From: Tolypothrix carrinoi HA7290-LM1
GTDB taxonomy: Bacteria > Cyanobacteriota > Cyanobacteriia > Cyanobacteriales > Nostocaceae
Length of the DNA: 59,983 bases
Direction of reading: 5' to 3'
NCBI GenBank assembly: GCA_019358935.1
Contig: JAHHIK010000044.1
Location: 1-59,983, forward strand
Shown: in pieces, positions 51,863 to 59,983 of the stretch
Layout of the letters: the number at the start of each line of letters is the position of its first letter
Position numbering within the stretch: position 1 is the stretch's first letter
Notes under the pieces: generated by a model
Database searches by the model: none
The model's input: only the letters and a program-made list of their open reading frames with translations
What the model was told of the DNA's origin: nothing
Position numbers and translations under genes: made by a program

Positions 51863-54800
51863 TTAACCGATAAAGGGTATACCTGATACAGCGATCGCAC
51901 CCGCAATTGCACTAGCTGCGAGGGATGTTAAAGCTGTACCAAATAACCACCAAGCTGCACTGGCAACGGTTTTCTTAGTTTCTTCGGCTTGCTTTTTCGC
52001 TTGCTCTTTGATAGCCTTTAAACGTCTTTGTGTTTCTTTTTGGATGCGTTCGGCTTGATACAAAACGTTATCGCGTGAGGCTTCGATTTGGTCGATAATC
52101 TTATTAGCTTGCGCTTCGGAAATATCTTGACGCGAACTAATAAGTGCAACTAAAGTACCACGGTCGAATTGACTCAAGCGATCGCGCAAAGCTTCAAATC
52201 CAGCTTGGGGATCGTCAAACACTTTCGTAACGTCTTGCTTAATTCCTTCGTAGTTGAGTTCCGGACGATCCAGCGCGTTGAGATAGTCGCGAATTTTCCC
52301 GAAAGTTCCCTCAACTATTGATTGTACTTGTTGCTGAATCTGTTGGTACTGTTCTACAAGTGAGTTGCGAACCGATTCGATTTGGTCTACAATCCGGTTT
52401 GCTTCTTCTTCGGAAATATCCTCACGTTGAGATAGCAATGCAACTATTGATGAACGGTCGATTTTAGAAACGCGATCGCTTAAACTTCCAATTCCCGCAC
52501 GGGGAGAAGACAACAACAATTGTAAATCGCGCTTGATCGCATCTGGGTTAAGTTCTTCTTTGTTAGTGTTCCGCAAATAGTTTTCCAGATTCGCTTCAAA
52601 ATCTAAAGCTTGTTTGGTAGCACGATTTGCAAAACGACGCGGTGCTTTTACAATGCTGTCAATCGCTGATTGTACTTCATCGATTATCTGATTAACTTGT
52701 TCTTCGCTCAAGTTTCCGCTGGAGGTGACAAGTTTAGTCAAGGTTTCTCGATCAACTTGCGATAAGCGATCGCGTAATGCAGATGCACCTTCTTTCGGAT
52801 CGTCGAGTAACTTTTCTAAATCTGCTTTGATACCTTCTGGATTCAGTTCTTCTAGATTGGTGTTGCGAAGATATTCACCGATTGCTGTTGTCGTTTGTTC
52901 GTATTGTTGTTTGGCTTGATCCGCGACTTTTTGCGGTGCTTGCAAAATGTTATCGCGTACCGATTCCAAATTATCGAGAATTTGGTTAAGCTGTTCTTCG
53001 CTTAAATCTTGACGCTGACTCAACAGTTGAACTAATGTATCGCGGTCAAATTGCGATAAGCGATCGCGCAGTAAGCTAATTCCGGCTTGCGGGTCATCCA
53101 GCAATACTTTAAACTCGCGTTTAATCGCTTCCGGATTGAGTTCCTCTTTGTTAGTATTGCGGAGATATTCTTCTACTCTTTGACGCAGTTCATCAGCTTT
53201 GCCTTTTGCTTGTTCTTGCAATTCTTGAGCGCGATTTAAGACGTTATCGCGAGTGCTTTCGATTTGACTAACAATATTGTTAGCTTCTTCATCGCTGATA
53301 TCTTCACGTTGCTTGAGCAATTGTACCAAAGTATCGCGGTCAACTTCTTTGAAGCGATCGCTTAAATCTTCAAAACCCGCTTCTGGATCTTCAACTAACT
53401 TAGAAAAATCGCGTTGAATACCTTCTGGGTTGAGTTCTTCTTTTCCTGTCGAACGCAGATATTCTTCGATGCGGGTGCCGAAGTTTTGATTTGTTTGCTG
53501 CGATTCTGCTTGCCGAACAATTTCTAAAACTTCGTTGCGATCGCTTTCCATTTGTTCGGAAATTTCTTTGATCCGCGCTTCGCTGATATCACCCCGCTGC
53601 TTCAGCAAATTGGTAAAATACTCTAAGTTGAGTTCTTCTAATTGCCGTCTTACTTTTCCTGGATCTGCATTTTGGTCATAAATCACATCTTTGAATTCAT
53701 CTTTCAGCGTGATTCGATTGAAATGCCAAGGAAACGAATTCAAAATGTAATCTTCTACATCTGCCTTAATCGTGTTGCTAGCTGCTGGCAATTTTGCCGT
53801 TGCTTGCTGGCTCAATTTTTGTAATTGTTCTCTAATTTTATCGACATCTACATCTTGAACTTTTTCTTTCAGCTTTTGCAACTGGGGTGTGATTTTTTCT
53901 AAATCGATATTCGAGATATTTACATTTTTTAACACTGCGGGAACAGCAGCACCCAAGCCATATTGAATAGCTTGTTTCATCACCCCATTGCTTTGCTTGC
54001 CATTACCGACACCAGATGTAACTAATTCTTGAAGACGTTCGCCTAATTTATCAGAATTTAATTCTTCCGTAGTCGCAGAATTGAGCAAATTCAATACTTG
54101 CTCTGTGGGATTTTTTTGCCGATTTAAAACTTGTTGCCAAGCACCTTCTAATTGGTCAGCAATGTTATTTATCTCTTCTTGAGAAAAGTCTGTGCGACTG
54201 CTAACTAAATCAACAAAACTCTGGCGATTAATATTTTTCAATACATCGCTATTGCCGAGAGATTGTAAATCAGTATCTTTCAGCAACTGGTCAAATTGAT
54301 TGCGAATATCTTTGGTATCCAGCTTTGGTAATTGCAGAGAACTTAAAGAACTTTGCAGCGTATTTTTGATACTGTCAGAATCAAAACCAGAAGTTAATTC
54401 GCGACGAACTGCGGCTGTAATATCTTCCGCTGTCGAAACCATTTGATTTTTAGCAGCATTAGCACCTAAAGCTGCGGTTGCTGTTCCCATCATTCCTTGA
54501 AAGCCAGCACTTGCAGTCTTTACAAGAGAACCAATTAATGAACCTACGGCTGAAGAACCTAACCAAACTATTAATGAAAAGTAAGCAGACCAGATAACTA
54601 CACCGATAATTGCTCCTAAAACTGCGCTACCAATTAAGCTGAGTTTTACTGCTAGAAAACAAGCAGCGAATAAGGCAATACTCGCGGTTATCAGTGCCCA
54701 AATTCCTACTTTTGCTTCAACATTGCGAATTGTACTACCTAAACTTTGGGAATCATCATCAGATGAGTCACCACCTAAAGCAGCGATTCCCACAGCTAGA

Positions 54801-54982
54801 GAGAAGTTTGTTAATAAAAATTGAAAGGCAAATGCCATCAATACACCAGATAGCATTGCTACCAAAAACTTCGGTCCAGAAAAGGCAAGCGAAACTTCCG
54901 GAATTACAACTGCCTGAGCAACTGGCATTGATTGTAATCCGTGTTCGTATAACTTTAAAGCTGTTTGGAAACTGGAAAACAT
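51863..54982 (-). CDS. large membrane-anchored helical repeat protein (stress-associated)
   Basis: N- and C-terminal TM segments; ~100-aa repeats EELNPEGI..D....DDP..G...L.DRLSQ.DR.TL. Confidence 0.75.
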   Translation of the reverse strand: MFSSFQTALKLYEHGLQSMPVAQAVVIPEVSLAFSGPKFLVAMLSGVLMAFAFQFLLTNFSLAVGIAALGGDSSDDDSQSLGSTIRNVEAKVGIWALITASIALFAACFLAVKLSLIGSAVLGAIIGVVIWSAYFSLIVWLGSSAVGSLIGSLVKTASAGFQGMMGTATAALGANAAKNQMVSTAEDITAAVRRELTSGFDSDSIKNTLQSSLSSLQLPKLDTKDIRNQFDQLLKDTDLQSLGNSDVLKNINRQSFVDLVSSRTDFSQEEINNIADQLEGAWQQVLNRQKNPTEQVLNLLNSATTEELNSDKLGERLQELVTSGVGNGKQSNGVMKQAIQYGLGAAVPAVLKNVNISNIDLEKITPQLQKLKEKVQDVDVDKIREQLQKLSQQATAKLPAASNTIKADVEDYILNSFPWHFNRITLKDEFKDVIYDQNADPGKVRRQLEELNLEYFTNLLKQRGDISEARIKEISEQMESDRNEVLEIVRQAESQQTNQNFGTRIEEYLRSTGKEELNPEGIQRDFSKLVEDPEAGFEDLSDRFKEVDRDTLVQLLKQREDISDEEANNIVSQIESTRDNVLNRAQELQEQAKGKADELRQRVEEYLRNTNKEELNPEAIKREFKVLLDDPQAGISLLRDRLSQFDRDTLVQLLSQRQDLSEEQLNQILDNLESVRDNILQAPQKVADQAKQQYEQTTTAIGEYLRNTNLEELNPEGIKADLEKLLDDPKEGASALRDRLSQVDRETLTKLVTSSGNLSEEQVNQIIDEVQSAIDSIVKAPRRFANRATKQALDFEANLENYLRNTNKEELNPDAIKRDLQLLLSSPRAGIGSLSDRVSKIDRSSIVALLSQREDISEEEANRIVDQIESVRNSLVEQYQQIQQQVQSIVEGTFGKIRDYLNALDRPELNYEGIKQDVTKVFDDPQAGFEALRDRLSQFDRGTLVALISSRQDISEAQANKIIDQIEASRDNVLYQAERIQKETQRRLKAIKEQAKKQAEETKKTVASAAWWLFGTALTSLAASAIAGAIAVSGIPFIG

Positions 54983-55345
54983 ATTATTTTCTCACTTTCG
55001 CACTTACTACTATTTTAGGCTAACGACCAGTTATCTTGATCTACACTGACTTCGGTCATAAATATTTTTATCAAAAGTAGTAGTTTTGCAGGCAGTTATC
55101 AAATTAATTTTTGATACATTTCTTCAAATAAACTCATAAACATAAATTATATTTTTATATATAGATTAAACAAGCAAGTTTTTGCTTTGTTGTTATTAAC
55201 ATGTAGGTACAAGAACTTATATCATACTCGCGATAGAGGTAAAAGTTCTTCCAAGGGATTGATGACGAGTTTACTAAGAAAATGTAGAAATAGAATTATT
55301 CAAGCCAATAAAGAAAGAAAAATATTAGTATTGGAGAATTACAAA

Positions 55346-57283
55346 ATGGTTGTGGGAGTACATAGACGCGCTGTAGGCGTATTTGCTCGTCGTCGGGATG
55401 CAGAAGAGGCGCTGCATGAACTGAAAAAATCCGGCTTTGATATGAATAGAGTGTCTGTGGTAGTGCAAGATGCAGACGGCGATAAAGATATAGCAGGTGC
55501 GGAAGTTAGAGAACGTGTTGGCGATAAATCTGATGAAGGTGCGACAGTTGGTGCTGTGACTGGCGGTACTTTAGGCGGATTGACAGGTTTGTTAGTTGGT
55601 TTGGGGACTTTAGCAATTCCGGGAATCGGACCAATTATGCTGGCTGGGGCAACAGCGACCGCCTTAGCAACAACTTTAGCAGGTGCCGGTATTGGTGCGG
55701 TAGCTGGTAGTTTGTTGGGTGGATTAATTGGTTTGGGAATTCCCGAAGAACGAGCCAGAGTTTACAACGATCGCGTACAACGAGGACAATATTTAGTTAT
55801 CCTTGATGGTACAGATGCGGAAATTGCCGAAGCCGAAAAAATTCTGCATACCGGCGGTATAGAAGAGTTTGGCATTTATAACCATCCAAATAGCCCCCCA
55901 GTAACTTCAGGTGTGGTTAGTAGAGATGTTGGTGTTACTGGTGTTGGTACTCCTGTAAGCACCACCGCACCTCTGCACAGAAAAAGAGCGATCGGTGTAT
56001 TTTCTCATCGTCGCGATGCAGAAGCTGCAATTGGCGATTTGCGCGATGGTGGAATATCGATGGATCATGTTTCGATCATCGGTAAAAATGCAGATGGCGA
56101 TCGCATCGGTGGTGTGGGTGTTAATGACCGTGTAGACAATACCAAAGCCGATGATGGCGCAAAAGCTGGTGCAGTTACAGGTACTGCATTAGGCGGTTTA
56201 GGCGGCTTATTAGTTGGTCTTGGAACCTTAGCGATTCCCGGAGTCGGTCCAGTACTAGTAGGTGGTGCGGCTGCAACTGCTTTGGCTACAGCTTTGACAG
56301 GTGCTGGTATTGGTGCAGCAGCAGGCAGTATAGCTGGGGCATTAGTCGGCTTGGGAATTCCGGAAAAAAATGCTAAGGTTTATAACGATCGCATTAACAG
56401 AGGCGATTATTTGGTAATCGTTGATGGTACAGATGCAGAAGTTCGCCGCGCTGAAGAAATCCTCAGACGACGACATGTTGAAGATTTTGGCATTTATGAT
56501 GCTACCGATTTAGACCGTCCAGGCGATCGTTCAGTTGTTGGTGCAGCACCATTAAATCGGGGATTTGTTGAACCAACACCTGTTGTTAACACTAACGCAC
56601 CTCTGCATAGAAAAAGAGCGATCGGTGTATTTTCTCATCGTCGTGATGCAGAAGCTGCAATTGGCGATTTGCGCGATGGTGGAATATCGCTGGATCATGT
56701 TTCGATTATCGGTAAAAATGCAGACCACAACGTTGGTGGTGTAAGTGTAAATGACCGTCTAGACGATAACAAAGCCGACGATGGTGCAAAAGCAGGTGCA
56801 GTTACAGGTGGTGCGTTAGGCGGATTAGGCGGCTTATTAGTTGGTCTTGGCACGTTGGCGATTCCGGGAGTCGGTCCAGTACTATTAGGTGGTGCGGCTG
56901 CAACTGCTTTGGCTACAGCATTGACAGGTGGTGCGATTGGTGCAGCAGCTGGGGGTATAGCTGGGGCATTAGTCGGTTTAGGAATACCGGAAAAAAATGC
57001 TAAGGTTTATAACGATCGCATTAACAGAGGCGATTATTTGGTAATCGTCGATGGTACAGACGCAGAAGTTCACCGTGCGGAAGAAATCCTCAGACGGAGA
57101 CATGTTGAAGATTTTGGCATCTATGATGCTACCGACTTAGATCGTCCAGGCGATCGTGGTGTTGTGACTCAACCAACATCAGTAGTTAACACCACTCAAA
57201 CCAATTACGTACCGCCGACGACAGTTAATAATGATGAACCCTCAGTCATCATTATTGACCGTCGCGATGAAACTGTCTTATAA
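55346..57283 (+). CDS. general stress protein with three YflT/17M-like + glycine-zipper modules
   Basis: Three RA(V/I)GVF..RRDAE.A...GLGTLAIPG.GP...GLGIPE..A.VY modules. Confidence 0.8.
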   Translation: MVVGVHRRAVGVFARRRDAEEALHELKKSGFDMNRVSVVVQDADGDKDIAGAEVRERVGDKSDEGATVGAVTGGTLGGLTGLLVGLGTLAIPGIGPIMLAGATATALATTLAGAGIGAVAGSLLGGLIGLGIPEERARVYNDRVQRGQYLVILDGTDAEIAEAEKILHTGGIEEFGIYNHPNSPPVTSGVVSRDVGVTGVGTPVSTTAPLHRKRAIGVFSHRRDAEAAIGDLRDGGISMDHVSIIGKNADGDRIGGVGVNDRVDNTKADDGAKAGAVTGTALGGLGGLLVGLGTLAIPGVGPVLVGGAAATALATALTGAGIGAAAGSIAGALVGLGIPEKNAKVYNDRINRGDYLVIVDGTDAEVRRAEEILRRRHVEDFGIYDATDLDRPGDRSVVGAAPLNRGFVEPTPVVNTNAPLHRKRAIGVFSHRRDAEAAIGDLRDGGISLDHVSIIGKNADHNVGGVSVNDRLDDNKADDGAKAGAVTGGALGGLGGLLVGLGTLAIPGVGPVLLGGAAATALATALTGGAIGAAAGGIAGALVGLGIPEKNAKVYNDRINRGDYLVIVDGTDAEVHRAEEILRRRHVEDFGIYDATDLDRPGDRGVVTQPTSVVNTTQTNYVPPTTVNNDEPSVIIIDRRDETVL

Positions 57284-57418
57284 CTTATTACCTCTCGTTT
57301 TTGAGCATAACCTGTTACCGATTTTAAAGCATTGCCAGGTATAACTTAGAAACGAGAGAATGAAAAACTTCCTCCTCACCACTTCACAATTTACCCGTTT
57401 CTATAAAGAATTAAACAA

Positions 57419-57883
57419 ATGAAAAAGCTAACTCCCTTCTTAATTAGTTGCGTATTAGTTTTTGGTGCAGCTGCTTGTCAAAATCCCGCTAAAACCAGCG
57501 CGGATGCACCAAATGATACTAATAAACCTGTATCTCAAACCGAAGCCCCAAGCGCACAAGCAACTGAAGCTGCCAAAGAAGACGCTCAAAGTGAAGTCCG
57601 TAGAAGACAACTAAATGCCGACATTCAAGCACGCGAACAGCGGAATAATATCACTGGTGGCGATACCGACAGAGCCGTAGGCGACCTGAAAAGTCAAGTT
57701 CGCTCTAAGTTGGAGGCTAACACCCCCGGTAGTAATTTAGCAGTTGAAGCTACAGAAGATGGCACAGTAACTGTTACTGGAACTGTGACAAATGAAGCCC
57801 AATTAGCTAAGATTGAACCTTTATCTAAAGAAATTAAAGGTGTCACAAAGGTGGAAAATAAAGCAACCGTTGTTAAGAAATAA
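57419..57883 (+). CDS. BON-domain lipoprotein
   Basis: Lipobox AAAC; GTVTVTGTV...IKGVTKVEN. Confidence 0.85.
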   Translation: MKKLTPFLISCVLVFGAAACQNPAKTSADAPNDTNKPVSQTEAPSAQATEAAKEDAQSEVRRRQLNADIQAREQRNNITGGDTDRAVGDLKSQVRSKLEANTPGSNLAVEATEDGTVTVTGTVTNEAQLAKIEPLSKEIKGVTKVENKATVVKK

Positions 57884-57927
57884 GCAAAACTCAAACATTG
57901 TTTTCCATTCCCAAATACAGGAGAAAC

Positions 57928-58380
57928 ATGGACGCAAACTTACAACAATCGGAATACGCTACTCCCACTTCGCCACAAGGTATGGTAGCAATTGAAGGTT
58001 CAAACCCGCAAAATCTACCAATGCTACCACCTGCGAGTGAACCAGAAAATCAATTGCAGGAATTTGGACAACAAGTTTCGGACTTTTTGGCGAAATTGCC
58101 GGAAAACATAGGTAGATTCTTTAGCGAATACAAGAAACCAATTATCAACATTGGTTTATTTATAGCAGCAATTCTCGCAGTCAAAATAGTTCTGGCAATA
58201 TTGGATGCACTCAATGATATTCCGCTGCTATCTCCAACTTTTGAGTTAGTAGGAATTAGTTACTCTACTTGGTTTACTTTCCGCTATTTACTCAAAGATT
58301 CGACTCGGCAAGAATTATCTGCTAACATTGAATCGTTCAAAAAACAGACTTTTGGCGGCAGCAATGTTGACCAAATGTAA
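57928..58380 (+). CDS. CAAD/CurT-like membrane protein
   Basis: LDALNDIPLLSPTFELVGISYSTWF..RYLL...RQEL. Confidence 0.82.
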   Translation: MDANLQQSEYATPTSPQGMVAIEGSNPQNLPMLPPASEPENQLQEFGQQVSDFLAKLPENIGRFFSEYKKPIINIGLFIAAILAVKIVLAILDALNDIPLLSPTFELVGISYSTWFTFRYLLKDSTRQELSANIESFKKQTFGGSNVDQM

Positions 58381-58567
58381 ATTAACCCTTGCCGATTAGC
58401 TTTCTTTAAAATTTGTCTGGAGAATAAAGGCGCTGAGACTAGAAACTAGAAATTTATTTTTCTTCTACGTCTTGTGTAATTAAATATCTCTTTCGCCTTT
58501 ATTTTCTTTTCCAGACAAATTTCCTAAAATTAAATGTTGTGTCCTCAATCCTTTTTTGCTTGTTTGT

Positions 58568-58600
58568 GGTCAAGTCGAAATCAACTTTCTGACTTGACCA
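58568..58600. terminator. intergenic hairpin
   Basis: TGGTCAAGTC...GACTTGACCA. Confidence 0.4.
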
Positions 58601-58846
58601 TATTCTTATACGTTATAAGTAGCGCCATCCAGAATTACATACACCAAAACGCATAAAAATCTATCTTCCTTAGTAAAGATTTTTTGGCGAAAAATCTTTG
58701 TATCTCTTGAAAAAATCTACCTAATGATAGAGAAACAAACTGAGTTGATTGAGTTAATTCCTTTCTAAAGATAGTGTAATTTTCATAACAAAAACCCTTA
58801 ATCTAGTTTATAAAGTTATTCAATCAGTTGAAAAAGGATTTGATTT

Positions 58847-59257
58847 ATGGCTGAGGAAAAGTTTAATAAAGCAGTAGATTCATCCGATCGCGCCAAAGAA
58901 GATAATTACGATAGAGGTATTGTGCCTGCGGAAACTGCCGCTCGTAAAAAAAGAGAAGGAGATCAATTTAAAACAATCCCTACTGAAGAAAGAGAAGCAA
59001 GCGCGATCACCGACGACCAAACCCACCTTGGTGACAGCATCCGCACCACAGACGGCTACACAGTCGATAAAGAAGGTCTGTTGAACAACCACGCAATCGA
59101 ACCGGAAATGTATTACGATACACCCGGAGATGCACGCCAAACAGCAGCCCAAGACGAAGCAGCACGTGTCGAAGAACTCGAAGAAATCAACGAAGACAAG
59201 CAAGGAGAATTGAGCGAAACAGGTGACAAACGCGGTAGAGGTCCGGGCGGCGTTTAG
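58847..59257 (+). CDS. acidic hydrophilic hypothetical (stress-type) protein
   Basis: AAGGA RBS; GYTVDKEGLLNN.AIEPEMY motif. Confidence 0.7.
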   Translation: MAEEKFNKAVDSSDRAKEDNYDRGIVPAETAARKKREGDQFKTIPTEEREASAITDDQTHLGDSIRTTDGYTVDKEGLLNNHAIEPEMYYDTPGDARQTAAQDEAARVEELEEINEDKQGELSETGDKRGRGPGGV

Positions 59258-59382
59258 TTTTGCAGCATCCAAGTTTCTCTGATGGTTATACGGCATTCTC
59301 TGTGCGACGGTCGGGAAGAAAGTCCCGGTCGTCGCTTATTTAATAGCTGAGGTCGGCTGTAAGTGTAAAAATCTCTCTTTTG

Positions 59383-59541
59383 AATTGGGCAATGGGCAAT
59401 GGGCAATGGGCAATGGGAATAAAGCCAAATTTCTTTGTATGCCCGATGCCCCATGCCCGATGCCCGATGCCCCATTACCAATTCCCCATTACCAATTCCC
59501 CATTACCAATTCCCCATTACCAATTTCCCATTACCAATTCC
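59383..59541. repeat. STRR tract
   Basis: TGGGCAA and CCCCATT/ACCAATT units. Confidence 0.8.
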
Positions 59542-59641
59542 CTGCTCTCACAAATATATTTATATAACTTATAGATAGATGACTTTTCGCAGTTGACCAT
59601 AGAAAATTCTTATAATACAACCATCAAAAATCTCAATAAAA

Positions 59642-59869
59642 ATGAATTTACAGCTTGACCTTTTCCTCACCGCTGGTGCAGCAACCGAAAAAGGTTTGAT
59701 CAAGCCCCTCGGTCATCACGAGTTGCTTCTGATATTACTGGAGTTAGCTTTGCTGCTTTTTGTCGCCAGAGGCTTAGGCGAGTTTATGCGGCGAATCCAA
59801 CTACCGCCGGTAATCGGTGAACTGCTGGCAGGGGTGATCCTCGGTCCATCGATATTCGGGTTAGTTGCT
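59642..59869 (+). pseudogene. 5' part of a cation:proton antiporter (CPA2/KefB-like), interrupted
   Basis: PPVIGELLAGVILGPS motif, then loss of homology and a stop codon. Confidence 0.75.
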
Positions 59870-59983
59870 GTTCGCTAATATCTGGACAAGCCTACCCATC
59901 ATTTCCCGTTTGTCCAGCTATCAACCGTTCAACGTATTCTCTAAGCCGTTTTTGCCAGTTAGGAACGGCTTTCAATTTGTCTT
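59868..59983 (-). mobile_element. probable left end of an insertion element, carrying the 3' end of a small ORF (59892-59981)
   Basis: Subterminal hairpin CTGGACAA...TTGTCCAG; minus strand reads DKLKAVPNWQKRLREYVERLI. Confidence 0.45.

Noticed and set aside
1..59983. High density of GCGATCGC (e.g. 88, 2863, 4639)
   Set aside because: This is the ordinary cyanobacterial HIP1; only split or duplicated sites are reported.

Overview
Chromosomal DNA of a filamentous, probably heterocyst-forming cyanobacterium (Nostocales-like). This is inferred from abundant HIP1 octamers (GCGATCGC), heptamer STRR tracts and cyanobacterial genes (pedR, pyrF-pyrE fusion, kdpG-type subunit). Bases 1-22 kb are mostly housekeeping and stress genes (pyrFE, msrPQ-like, sfsA, leuCD, gluconokinase, pfkB, rfbB, msrA). 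Bases 22-29.7 kb hold a decaying kdpA-B-G/F-C locus and its two-component system, with a frameshifting deletion, two in-frame micro-insertions and a 196-bp insertion. Bases ~30.4-44.6 kb are a tandemly duplicated accessory interval between a fibrillin-like gene and ilvD. It carries immune-receptor-like genes (LRR-Roc-COR-CHAT caspase-like protease, an LRR-only derivative with a different repeat set, an AAA-WD40 protein with internally homogenised repeats, a TPR/HEAT protein), dead toxin-antitoxin toxins and two 21-bp-period arrays upstream of the LRR genes. Bases 46-60 kb carry amidoligase, tenA, Uma2, aqpZ and a general-stress gene cluster, and end in an antiporter gene interrupted by a probable IS. 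Intergenic and some coding DNA is littered with tiny structured, nested, apparently mobile elements. These include a 105-bp perfect four-way-junction element flanked by a duplicated HIP1 site. No rRNA, tRNA or CRISPR array was found. All family assignments come from motif recognition only; no database searches were run.
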